From Candidatus Levyibacteriota bacterium (GTDB taxonomy: Bacteria; Patescibacteriota; Microgenomatia; Levybacterales; UBA12049), in NCBI GenBank assembly GCA_003152105.1, contig PLZJ01000003.1, positions 134,899 through 198,898 of the forward strand: a stretch of 64,000 bases of DNA, read 5' to 3'. Position 1 is the stretch's first letter, and the number at the start of each line of letters is the position of its first letter. Below are positions 1 through 8,747 of the stretch, in pieces. The notes beneath the pieces are model-generated. The model was not told the origin of the DNA. It made no database searches and saw only the letters and a program-made list of their open reading frames with translations. The position numbers and the translations under genes were made by a program.

Positions 1-161
1 ATATCCGCTCTATCAAAATGTCGATTTTTATCTCTTTCCTCAAGTGCAAGAATCTCATTTATCCATGGAGGAGTGTCTTTGTCAGGCTTCACTTCACCTG
101 ATCGGAAACGGTCAAGTATACTAACCAACACATCTCCATGATCTCTATTTTCTGACTGCAT
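1..161 (-). CDS. hypothetical protein, ORF running off the window start (N-terminal ~53 aa present)
   Basis: Reverse-strand ATG at 159-161 opens a frame that continues to position 1 (MQSENRDHGDVLVSILDRFRSGEVKPDKDTPPW...). No recognisable motif. Confidence 0.3.
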   Translation of the reverse strand, partial: MQSENRDHGDVLVSILDRFRSGEVKPDKDTPPWINEILALEERDKNRHFDRAD

Positions 162-292
162 ATAGTAATTTTATATCCTATGCAAGTGCGTGTGTCAAAT
201 ACTAAACAAGTAGACAAACGAAGTGTTCTTACCTAATTGTTGCGGAGTTCTTATATTGTTATAATTGATGAGATATATACTATACATAATAT

Positions 293-613
293 ATGTTACT
301 TGCATTAATTGCTGCACTCTTTGTACTTTGGTTTTTTGGATATATACATATTCAGGGATTACAAATTCCAGACATGTCTCTCTTTACTATAAATAATCAT
401 GTGATAACGCTTTGGAATATTCTAATTCTTCTTGTTATAGGTATTATTATTGGAGAGCTTCCAAATCCATTTCGAGCAATTGCGTCTGTCTTTTTAGTAC
501 TTTGGGTTTTATCAGTACTTGGAATAATTGCTTTTGCTGGACTTGATAGTATACTTATTATTTCACTAATCGTAGGGCTTGTACTATATGTAATCACTGG
601 TGCAAGAGCCTAA
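293..613 (+). CDS. small hydrophobic membrane protein (3 predicted TM segments)
   Basis: 106-aa ORF, almost entirely hydrophobic (LLALIAALFVLWFFGY..., VFLVLWVLSVLGIIAFAG). Confidence 0.4.
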   Translation: MLLALIAALFVLWFFGYIHIQGLQIPDMSLFTINNHVITLWNILILLVIGIIIGELPNPFRAIASVFLVLWVLSVLGIIAFAGLDSILIISLIVGLVLYVITGARA

Positions 614-627
614 GATTCCTTACATAG

Positions 628-1329
628 TTACTTAATGTGATCTGACATATTTAGCTCAAGTAATTTATTCAACAATTCTCCAATTTCATAACTTGACGTA
701 TCAATATCGTTTGTCTTAAGAGTTCTAAGTCCTTCGATAATTTTTCGGACTTGCACTGCTTGATCTTTTTTTAAATAATCAATTTTTACTTCATTTTCAG
801 TAAATGTCCGAGATACGACTTGCAAAGAAGCAAAAAAGATACCCGCTTCAATAAATACATTTGTAATATCTTTAATATCAATACTATGTGATTGATATGC
901 CAAAAATTGTCGAAAATTAAAGGTAATTCGATTTTCTTCAACATCAATAGTGTTTGGAAACAAAGTAAATGGAAACGTGGATGAAATACTAATAAGTCGT
1001 CTATTTGATTGTTTGACCAGTTCTTCAACTATATGCTTATCGCTTTCAATTTTGACTTTTTGATCTGCAGCATACTGATCTAATCCCTTGTCTTCTGCAA
1101 TATGCGTTTTTTCTATTTTGTGTTGCAAAATGTTTACGCTTGTAAGTGAATCCTCAGATGTATTTATTTTTTTATTTCTTTGGCCTTGATCATATAATTT
1201 TTTAAGCCAAAAACTTACTTTATTTTCTTCAGTTTGTAATGATTGCCTATCTCTTACCTTAAAAGGATTTTTTGAAAATATAATAGTTGATTTTACTTTC
1301 ACGTATGTACAGTATACTCCTTTATACAT
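628..1329 (-). CDS. hypothetical protein
   Basis: 233-aa ORF with no recognisable catalytic motif. Coding-like composition, followed by a terminator-like hairpin. Confidence 0.45.
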   Translation of the reverse strand: MYKGVYCTYVKVKSTIIFSKNPFKVRDRQSLQTEENKVSFWLKKLYDQGQRNKKINTSEDSLTSVNILQHKIEKTHIAEDKGLDQYAADQKVKIESDKHIVEELVKQSNRRLISISSTFPFTLFPNTIDVEENRITFNFRQFLAYQSHSIDIKDITNVFIEAGIFFASLQVVSRTFTENEVKIDYLKKDQAVQVRKIIEGLRTLKTNDIDTSSYEIGELLNKLLELNMSDHIK

Positions 1330-1362
1330 AAGGAGAGCTTTAGCGCTTCACCTACTTCCACT

Positions 1363-1395
1363 AAAAAACCACAAACAAGCGCTGTTTGTGGTTTT
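1363..1395 (-). terminator. Rho-independent terminator-like hairpin downstream of the YciI-like gene
   Basis: Perfect inverted repeat ccacaaaca-agcgc-tgtttgtgg flanked by A-run/T-run (aaaaaacc...ggtttt). On the minus strand it is followed by a T tract. Confidence 0.5.
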
Positions 1396-1407
1396 AAAAG
1401 CAAGAAG

Positions 1408-1716
1408 TTACATGTCTTTTGCTTCACGAATTTCGACAATACCACCAAATTTAAGATGTGGTGCCATTTGCGCTGCTTTAACAGCATTTTCCATTGAATC
1501 TACTTCAAGTTCTAGCGTTCCAGCAACATCATTATGTGAAGCTTTATAGTCTTCTACACTGTCTGTTGTTACGAGCTTACCACCTGCAAGTGGAACACCT
1601 CCACGAAGAGCTCCTCTGTTCTTGAGCTCATCCATATATGCCATCCATTCCTTTGAATGTTCTTCTAGTTGTTCTTTGGAAACATTTCCTCCTCGAATTA
1701 AAAATAATACCTTCAT
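1408..1716 (-). CDS. YciI-like (YCII/DGPF domain) small protein
   Basis: 102 aa. Pattern MKVLFLIRGG..SKEQLEEHSKEWMAYMDELKNRGAL..GGVPL matches the YciI-family beta-alpha-beta layout. Size is typical. Confidence 0.5.
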   Translation of the reverse strand: MKVLFLIRGGNVSKEQLEEHSKEWMAYMDELKNRGALRGGVPLAGGKLVTTDSVEDYKASHNDVAGTLELEVDSMENAVKAAQMAPHLKFGGIVEIREAKDM

Positions 1717-1793
1717 TTCTATTCACCTCCTTTCGTCATAAAAGTATATCACGAAAAGAAAAGGGGAATTACGGGAAAATATGAAAAAAACGA

Positions 1794-2450
1794 TTAGATT
1801 TGTTCTTCGGAGATAGCAGAAATGTCATCTGCCACTTGTTCAGGGATTATTTTCTTTGTTGTTTTTTTGACAATTTTTTTAACTGGAGGAGTAGGGAAAT
1901 CTACTACGGCTTCTTCAACAACTGGCAATACCTTTTCAACAGTGATTTCTGGTTTCGCTTTTTTTACTTTCTTCGTAGATTCTAATTTTATAGGCTCAAC
2001 ACTTACTTCTTCTTTTGAAGAAGTAGACAGTAAGGATAGTATCTTATCTAATTTTGCATTTACTTCGTCTAACGAAACATTATTTCGAGGTCGCTCATCT
2101 GAACGTTGATTTCCTTTTTCTTTTTGTTCAAAACAATGACTACAGAAAACTTCTCTGCCTTGTCGAGGCTGAAAAGGAATTTGACATCTGTTTCCACAAT
2201 TATCACAAATTGCGTCATACATTGGTCGATCTTGTGGATTTTGTGAACGTCTATCATCATTTCGACGATTCCCTCCACCTTCTAGTTTAAAACAATCATT
2301 ACAAAATAATGGTCTGTTTCCTGTTGGCTTAAAGGGGACTTGGCACGCTGCACCACATTTACTACAAACTGCGCTATGCATTGGGGGGCGTTCTACTCCA
2401 CGATTATATACACTTCTTCCTCTATCTGATCTTCCGTTAAAAATGGCCAT
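1794..2450 (-). CDS. tandem zinc-ribbon protein with lysine-rich C-terminal tail
   Basis: Two copies of C-x2-C-x3-C-x-(V/I)PF-x-P-x3-(R)-x-(L/V)-(F/Y)-C-x2-CF: CSKCGAACQVPFKPTGNRPLFCNDCF and CDNCGNRCQIPFQPRQGREVFCSHCF. C-terminus is KK-rich (KKVKKAKPE...KKIVKKTTKKII). Confidence 0.6.
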   Translation of the reverse strand: MAIFNGRSDRGRSVYNRGVERPPMHSAVCSKCGAACQVPFKPTGNRPLFCNDCFKLEGGGNRRNDDRRSQNPQDRPMYDAICDNCGNRCQIPFQPRQGREVFCSHCFEQKEKGNQRSDERPRNNVSLDEVNAKLDKILSLLSTSSKEEVSVEPIKLESTKKVKKAKPEITVEKVLPVVEEAVVDFPTPPVKKIVKKTTKKIIPEQVADDISAISEEQI

Positions 2451-3183
2451 AATGTAGTATAACAGAAATAGTCCTATAAAAACACGAGCAAAGCAAAATA
2501 TACTATTATTGCTTCTTTTTAAGCAAAGTACTATACTCCAGGTACTATGTCCAGGCCTGAATCAAGACCACAGAATCCAGAAAGAGAAAACGCTGATGCA
2601 AGACGCCGACAATTAAATAGAGATATGGTTGAAAAAGGAAAAAATAGACCTTGGCCACCACTTGTATCCCCAACACAACCAGAGCATTCGCCTAATAACT
2701 ATCCAGAAACTCGTCATACAAACCCAAATAGGCAATTACATTCGCATACACCGAAAAGACTTTTGCACAACAAATAAGGCAGAGTGATATACTACACATA
2801 TGAAGCTTTTGAATAGTCGGAACTTATTTCTTTGTCTTCTTTTACTACTTGCTATCACTTTTATTTTTGCCATTAATCAGTTTTTCATGCTTAGAACGGC
2901 ACATAGCTCATTTGAAAACTACTATAACTTTAGAGGTTGTGTTAGTTTAGTTAAAAAAACAAAAACCTATGGCATTTGTAAGCTCTCATCTGGTAAAACA
3001 ATAAAACTTGTACTTTTTCAAAATAAATGGTATTTAGATAATGATCTTCCTTTTTGTATTGCAAATCATTGTTTTTAATATCCCAGTAACCCTACCGCAG
3101 CGGCATACATAAGCTACATTACTAAAAAATTGGACAAATATAAAAAAATTATATATTATTACTAAACGAGCAGTATAAACGAT

Positions 3184-4101
3184 ATGCCAAAACGTATACA
3201 TGTTTCCATTGCTCTTCCTACATATTCTGGTGGAGAAAGCTTAATCCATACCTTAAAATCCATTTATTCTCAAAGTGCGTATAAAAAATTGCACCACATA
3301 TTGGTAGTTGTTGATGGAAAAAAACTTTCTAAGAAAATACGACTCGAAATACAAAATCCAAAGTTACTCATAAAATACTATCCAAAGAGAAGGGGACAGG
3401 CTGTTCGAATAAATAATATATTTGATTTACTTTTTGATGATTTGATAATACTGACAAACGATGACGTGTTATTGGATCGAAATGTTGTTGAAAATATCAT
3501 ACAAACGTTTCAAAAAACAAAAGCTGATCTAATAGGTTGCAATGTGCAGCCACTAAGTTTTTCTAATGTATTTACAAAAGCGCTCTTTACAGGCCAAATG
3601 GTTCATAAATATATTGCACATAATTGGAATAGGGGAAACAATTACTTTACCTGTAATGGAAGGCTAATTGCAGTTTCAAGAAATCTTGCTAAAAAAATTG
3701 AAATACCAAAAGGTGCAGTAAATAATGATGCATTTATCTATATCTTTACCAAACTTCATAAATTTAAATATGCATTTGCAAAACAAGCGATATGTTATTA
3801 CAAACTTCCTGGAAACTTTAGTGAACACTTACAACAAAATAACAGATTTCAAAATTCTCTCAAAGAAAATAAAGCATACTTTTCCAAACAAATCTATTCA
3901 ATTTACAATTTTCCAAAATCGTTAGCACTGAAAAGCTTTGCCAAATCATTTGTAGCCCATCCTCTTTCTACATTACTCTATATACAAATCCTTTTAAAAA
4001 CGATGAAGCTAAATCTTACGAGTAAAAAGTTTAGAAAAAAAGCGATTTGGAAAACAGATATCAGCACAAAAACATTTAATAAATCACTTCTTGTAAAATA
4101 A
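3184..4101 (+). CDS. glycosyltransferase family 2
   Basis: N-terminal VSIALPTYSGGESL (GT2 signature sheet), VVVDGKK and LTNDDV (DxD-like) motifs. 305 aa. Confidence 0.7.
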   Translation: MPKRIHVSIALPTYSGGESLIHTLKSIYSQSAYKKLHHILVVVDGKKLSKKIRLEIQNPKLLIKYYPKRRGQAVRINNIFDLLFDDLIILTNDDVLLDRNVVENIIQTFQKTKADLIGCNVQPLSFSNVFTKALFTGQMVHKYIAHNWNRGNNYFTCNGRLIAVSRNLAKKIEIPKGAVNNDAFIYIFTKLHKFKYAFAKQAICYYKLPGNFSEHLQQNNRFQNSLKENKAYFSKQIYSIYNFPKSLALKSFAKSFVAHPLSTLLYIQILLKTMKLNLTSKKFRKKAIWKTDISTKTFNKSLLVK

Positions 4102-4141
4102 GTACCGCGTCGTATGTAAACTAAACAAAGATTAAGTGTAA

Positions 4142-5326
4142 TTAGTGTGGGGTAAAGGATATGGCGTCAAGCCAAATAATACTAGACACTTTTGCTAAAT
4201 TAAACTTAACTGAAGCATAAGGGTCAGTCACATGAGAAGTAAATGAATACGTGAATTGTTGCCATTCAGGTGTAATGGTAAAGTCTGCTGTATCATATGG
4301 CTTATGATTTTTATATTGTATAAAAATCTTAAGTGGCCTGCTTATTGTAGCTTTTGCGTAAAAAGTAAGTGTATATGATCTACCAGCTACAAGATTTAAA
4401 TTATTTTGGATAATTTGATAAAACCAATCTCTATCCGCAACATTACCTATATAGGCTACGAAAGAACTATTTCCATCATACGAAGTTGAATTATCTATAG
4501 CATAAAAAGCAGTATATCCTGCACGTTTATAAATATACCAAGGCAAAAAACCGTTTTCAAACGAACCATTGATTAGTGTATTTTTTACTGAAGTTGGAGT
4601 TGGTGTATTTGTAGGTGCTCCAATTGTAGGTATTGGAGTATCAGTTGGAGCTTGAGTAGGAGAAGGTGTCGGTGTATTAGTTGGAATTGGAGTCGCAGTT
4701 GGGGTTGGCGTAGGATTTGCAATATAATATGTACCATTAGTTATGGTAGTTGATTCATCCGTATGAGTACTAGCAGAAATAATGTGGACATCAGTAACAT
4801 TTATGGTACCTGTTCCTACAGCAAGTGCTTGTATGACAAGTTGATAAACTGAACAACTTTGTGAATTATTACCAATTATTCCACCTAAGAAGCTTGGATT
4901 TAAAAGACTTGGAATTTTTATATATGAAAATTTACATAGGCCAACAGTTGGATATAGAATTGATTTGACAAGTAAATTCGAAGAAACTGCAATATTTGCT
5001 TGTGCAACATTAAAAGGATCTAGGCTTTTAATTCCAAGCGAAACAGTAAATGTACTTCCTGGTTGTATTGTCTGAGAGCTTGGACTAATAAACATTGCTG
5101 ATTGAGGTGCCACTTGTTGTGGAGCTGGTGGTTCAAGATTCGGACCAGCAGCATGATTTTGTGTTGTTAAAAAAGTTTTTGAAAGTATTGGCGTAGCAAC
5201 AACAAGAAGCGTTAATACTACCAGGCCAGATTTGATAATAAAATTCTGGTTCTTAAATGATTGCCATACACTTATCACGTACGGATATCTTCTGCTTAAA
5301 TGATCATGTAATCTATTATTTGTCAT
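4142..5326 (-). CDS. membrane-anchored surface protein: cohesin-like domain, Pro/Thr linker, CBM4_9-type carbohydrate-binding module
   Basis: N-terminal TM (VVLTLLVVATPILS). Segment PGSTFTVSLGIKSLDPFNVAQANIAVSSNLLVKSI...LAVGTGTINVTDV resembles type-I cohesin beta-sandwich signature. Linker PTPTPTATPIPTNTPTPSPTQAPTDTPIPTIGAPTNTPTPT. C-terminal INGSFENGFLPW... matches CBM_4_9 (NGxFE...W). Confidence 0.55.
   Translation of the reverse strand: MTNNRLHDHLSRRYPYVISVWQSFKNQNFIIKSGLVVLTLLVVATPILSKTFLTTQNHAAGPNLEPPAPQQVAPQSAMFISPSSQTIQPGSTFTVSLGIKSLDPFNVAQANIAVSSNLLVKSILYPTVGLCKFSYIKIPSLLNPSFLGGIIGNNSQSCSVYQLVIQALAVGTGTINVTDVHIISASTHTDESTTITNGTYYIANPTPTPTATPIPTNTPTPSPTQAPTDTPIPTIGAPTNTPTPTSVKNTLINGSFENGFLPWYIYKRAGYTAFYAIDNSTSYDGNSSFVAYIGNVADRDWFYQIIQNNLNLVAGRSYTLTFYAKATISRPLKIFIQYKNHKPYDTADFTITPEWQQFTYSFTSHVTDPYASVKFNLAKVSSIIWLDAISFTPH
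4592..4645. repeat. 54-nt linker-coding direct repeat, copy 1 (2 mismatches versus copy 2)
   Basis: agttggagttggtgtatttgtaggtgctccaattgtaggt... is identical over 40 nt with 5903-5942, then 12/14 identical. Encodes PTIGAPTNTPTPT on the minus strand in both genes. Confidence 0.8.
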
Positions 5327-5368
5327 ATTGTTAAAATCAAAATTATCGATATAACCTTATACTACATA

Positions 5369-7315
5369 TTAATGTCCAAATTGACTAGCAAATATTGAAA
5401 AGTCAGTTGCGTTGATAACCCCATCTCCATTCATGTCTGAAAATGGATTAAATCCAGATGTTTTATCATAATCACTTAAAAATATTGAATAATCATACAA
5501 ATCCACAACACCATCACCATTTATATCTCCTAATTTATGGACATTAAAGGTAATTTGTGTAGCAGGAGACGAAACTCCAGCTGCATTTTGGCCAACTATT
5601 GCAAATGATTGAAGCCCAATTGGCTTAAGTGTTACCGATGCTTGCCACGTTGTACTTGTTGGATATGTAGTGGTCGAATTTCCGACACTATTAAATAGTA
5701 TTTGCGTCTCCCAACTATCTTTTGTACCAGTTAACACATATGTTGTTTGATACGTTGAAATATTGCTGCTAGTTGGTGATGTGATCACCGGTGCGCTTAG
5801 TGGTTGAGGAGTTGGAGTTGGAGTTGGTGTTGACGTTGGTGGTGGCGCAGTAGGCGTAGGGGTATTTGTTGGCGCTGGTGGAGTTGACGTTGGTGGAAGA
5901 AGAGTTGGAGTTGGTGTATTTGTAGGTGCTCCAATTGTAGGTGCTGGAGTATCAGTAACTATTGGTTCGGGAGTACTCGTTGCAACAACAATATTGTGTT
6001 TTGCAGCAATTACTCTAAAGTAATTTTGGATATAAATACCTCCACCACCTTTGTCGCAGGTAGTTGGCATCCAACTCGTCCACGCTACTTTTTGATTATC
6101 TTGCGTTGCTTTTGGCTTTCTGACCGTTGTTGCACCTGAGCCATCAAATGCATGGACAAGAAGACCGATATTGTGTGCATCAAGATAGTTAAAGAATGAT
6201 GTATCTCTTTTTTCGCCACACAAAGAATCTGTTGCTGAATTTTTTTGATTCCATTCAGTTACCAAAACAGGATATTTATTCGATAAATTACCAAATGCCC
6301 TATCCCAATCTGAGTCATCAAACGTATTTGGATCTATACTACCATACTTAAATACTGCATAAGGATGTTCTGTATAGACAATATTTGGATCATCAAGTAG
6401 ATATGAATCACCAGGATTATTAGGATCTGGCTTTTGAATATTTTCTAAACTCTCAGCCCATTCACCACCATCAGCAATTATTACATTTGTTGCATGATAT
6501 CCTCTAATTTCATTAACCAAATCCTGCATACCTACAATATCTGGATTTGGATCTTCACTTGATACTTTATTTACTTTTATCGGGCAAGACTGATCGACCA
6601 TACAATATTTTCTACCCCATTTCCATTCTTGCCAACCCGTATAGACTGTTTGTCCATTTTCAATTTTTGTGGTGTTTGAATTATTTTGCGGTTCATTATA
6701 TATTTCAAAAATTACTTGTGGATCATTTGCAAGAGGGGACTGCGCAAGTAATTTCCAGGCAGTTTCAGTATCAACTGTTGGCAAAAGACTTTGCGATCCA
6801 CAACCATTATATTCATCATTCACATTTATAATAATACCCGTAACATATTTTTTAGAAAGCGCGACATCTGCTTCTAGTTTATTCAAGTAGTCATTAGCAG
6901 AAATATGTGAATCATTTCCTGCAAGTGCAGGTTGGGAAACTTGATAACGAAGCATTGAGGGAGAACCCCAATTTTGCTTCATGTAGGAAAGCTCATTATC
7001 ATTTAAATTATATGCAGAACCATATGAGCTATTATCACCACAATTTGCTTGATTTAGTGTTCCCATCATATTAAATCCCCACGCAGTAAAGGGACTATCG
7101 TTGTAATATAAAGTTTTACCAATAACATGAAACCCTTGTTCTGATGCTGCGAAATTATGTAACGATTGCTGAAGCATTATTCCAGATGGAATTGAAAGTG
7201 TTATAAGAAGTAACGCAACGATTGCAGACTTTGTTGTCAAAGAAAGAGAGGAAAATAATTTCCATGATTTTTGAATATATGATACGTGTTTTGTATTTGT
7301 CACAATTTCAGCCAT
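5369..7315 (-). CDS. glycoside hydrolase family 5 (cellulase-family) enzyme with C-terminal dockerin module
   Basis: GH5 acid/base motif IFEIYNEPQ and nucleophile motif VLVTEWN. Pro/Thr linker (PTIGAPTNTPTPT...). C-terminal duplicated Ca-binding loops DINGDGVVDLYD / DMNGDGVINATD typical of type-I dockerin. N-terminal TM/signal. Confidence 0.8.
   Translation of the reverse strand: MAEIVTNTKHVSYIQKSWKLFSSLSLTTKSAIVALLLITLSIPSGIMLQQSLHNFAASEQGFHVIGKTLYYNDSPFTAWGFNMMGTLNQANCGDNSSYGSAYNLNDNELSYMKQNWGSPSMLRYQVSQPALAGNDSHISANDYLNKLEADVALSKKYVTGIIINVNDEYNGCGSQSLLPTVDTETAWKLLAQSPLANDPQVIFEIYNEPQNNSNTTKIENGQTVYTGWQEWKWGRKYCMVDQSCPIKVNKVSSEDPNPDIVGMQDLVNEIRGYHATNVIIADGGEWAESLENIQKPDPNNPGDSYLLDDPNIVYTEHPYAVFKYGSIDPNTFDDSDWDRAFGNLSNKYPVLVTEWNQKNSATDSLCGEKRDTSFFNYLDAHNIGLLVHAFDGSGATTVRKPKATQDNQKVAWTSWMPTTCDKGGGGIYIQNYFRVIAAKHNIVVATSTPEPIVTDTPAPTIGAPTNTPTPTLLPPTSTPPAPTNTPTPTAPPPTSTPTPTPTPQPLSAPVITSPTSSNISTYQTTYVLTGTKDSWETQILFNSVGNSTTTYPTSTTWQASVTLKPIGLQSFAIVGQNAAGVSSPATQITFNVHKLGDINGDGVVDLYDYSIFLSDYDKTSGFNPFSDMNGDGVINATDFSIFASQFGH
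5903..5956. repeat. 54-nt linker-coding direct repeat, copy 2
   Basis: Same sequence as 4592-4645, see copy 1. Confidence 0.8.
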
Positions 7316-7529
7316 ACCTACTCTAGTATAGTGAGTAAATTATCAAGAAGTCAACTTTTAGATGATAAAAATAACTAAATAGTAGTTCAGCTCATCAATA
7401 CAATATAATCAATAAACTAAAACTTGCCAATTGAGATCAAATTGCGTATAATAATCCATAATCCTGAAGCTATTTTTATAACTTCACAAAAAATCTAGGT
7501 AAATTAAGAAAGGCAGAGTAAAAAGTACG

Positions 7530-7979
7530 ATGATAAAGGCAGAAACAAAGAAAATTATAAAATCCTCACTTTTTTTTGAGATATTATTTGTTGTTATCGC
7601 ACTTCTTATTATCTTCTCAGGGAATATAAAAACACAACTTTACAAATGGGATCTTCTTCCTCATCCAGAAACATTTACAGAACTCTATTTTGAAAATCAC
7701 ACATTGCTTCCAACAAAAGTTGAAGCAGGGGAGCCATACACGTTTTCCTTTACGACACACAACTTAGAATACAAAACCATGACCTACACTTATCAAATAC
7801 AAATTCAAGATGGAAGCAGAAAAACAACAATACAAAAGGCAAAATTCACTCTCAACCAAAATCAAAAAAAGACTATCAAAGAAACATTCACAGCACCTCA
7901 ACTTTCCAACAGATCAATGGTTGCTGTTGACCTAACAAACAAAAACAATCAACAAATAGATTTTTGGATTACTGAATAA
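7530..7979 (+). CDS. hypothetical membrane-anchored protein
   Basis: 149 aa with N-terminal TM (LFFEILFVVIALLIIF). Stop is 2 nt before the next ATG, so it leads the glycosyltransferase operon. Confidence 0.45.
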   Translation: MIKAETKKIIKSSLFFEILFVVIALLIIFSGNIKTQLYKWDLLPHPETFTELYFENHTLLPTKVEAGEPYTFSFTTHNLEYKTMTYTYQIQIQDGSRKTTIQKAKFTLNQNQKKTIKETFTAPQLSNRSMVAVDLTNKNNQQIDFWITE

Positions 7980-7981
7980 CT

Positions 7982-8746
7982 ATGAATAAAAAGAAAAAAA
8001 TTACCGTATTAATCCCTTGTCATAACGAAGAAAAGGGCATAGGAAAAGTTATTGACGAAATACCAGTTAAGAGACTAAAACGCCTAGGATATATTACGGA
8101 AGTTATTGTTATAAACAATAAATCTACCGATCGAACAGCGCATGTTGCACAATCTCGAGGAGCATATGTACTGGTAGAATTTCGCAAAGGTAAAGGACAA
8201 GCACTTCTCGCAGGATTTAATGCAGTTAGTTCAGATACTTCCTATGTAGTCATGCTTGATGGAGATAATACGTATAAAGCAAAAGAAATGTACCGACTCA
8301 TTGAACCACTTGAGAGTAATTTTTGTCATGCAGTGGTTGGTTCTAGACTTAGTGGAAAAATGAAACATAATTCGTTAAAGTTTTCTAATCGAGTTGCAAA
8401 TTGGGTTTATACTTTTCTAGTTAGACAATTTTACCGTGCTAATGTGACCGATGTTTTAAGTGGATACTTTGCGTGGAAAAAAGAAGTTATAGATGATTTG
8501 AAACACCATATTGAATCAACTGATTTTGCAATAGAAATGGATATAATTACAAAAATGGTAAAACTAGGACATGAAGTTTATTCAGTACCAATAACCTATG
8601 ATGTCAGAGAAGGGAAATCAAAAATTAGTGCATTTGAAGACGGCGTACGAATATTCTATGTCTTATTTAAAAATCTATTTTGGATTCCAAAAAAAACACA
8701 ACATATTAAAAATCAACTAACTTACACAAGCAAATCCTCGGCATAA
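7982..8746 (+). CDS. glycosyltransferase family 2, dolichyl-/polyprenyl-phosphate sugar synthase-like (DPM1/GtrB-like)
   Basis: ITVLIPCHNEEKGIGKVIDEIP N-terminus, VVMLDGDNTY (DxD), ~250 aa size typical of Dpm1/GtrB-type GT2. Confidence 0.75.
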   Translation: MNKKKKITVLIPCHNEEKGIGKVIDEIPVKRLKRLGYITEVIVINNKSTDRTAHVAQSRGAYVLVEFRKGKGQALLAGFNAVSSDTSYVVMLDGDNTYKAKEMYRLIEPLESNFCHAVVGSRLSGKMKHNSLKFSNRVANWVYTFLVRQFYRANVTDVLSGYFAWKKEVIDDLKHHIESTDFAIEMDIITKMVKLGHEVYSVPITYDVREGKSKISAFEDGVRIFYVLFKNLFWIPKKTQHIKNQLTYTSKSSA

Positions 8747-8747
8747 C

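Noticed and set aside
1800-2290. Plus-strand ORFs antisense to the zinc-ribbon gene (1800-1985, 1822-2109, 2054-2290)
   Set aside because: These are shadow ORFs. The minus-strand frame carries the duplicated Cys-ribbon motif.
2547-2777. 76-aa plus-strand ORF (MSRPESRPQNPERENADARRRQLNRD...) in the 2450-2800 spacer
   Set aside because: Composition is extremely Pro/Arg/Asn/Gln-rich with no hydrophobic core and no start context. More likely a non-coding GC-richer spacer than a gene. It could alternatively be an intrinsically disordered micro-protein, but I cannot support it.
4560-5960. Pro/Thr-codon repeats initially resembling a repeat array or CRISPR
   Set aside because: The repeats are in-frame linker-coding (ACN/CCN) sequence inside long ORFs and lack spacer-repeat periodicity. 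No CRISPR array is present anywhere in the window.
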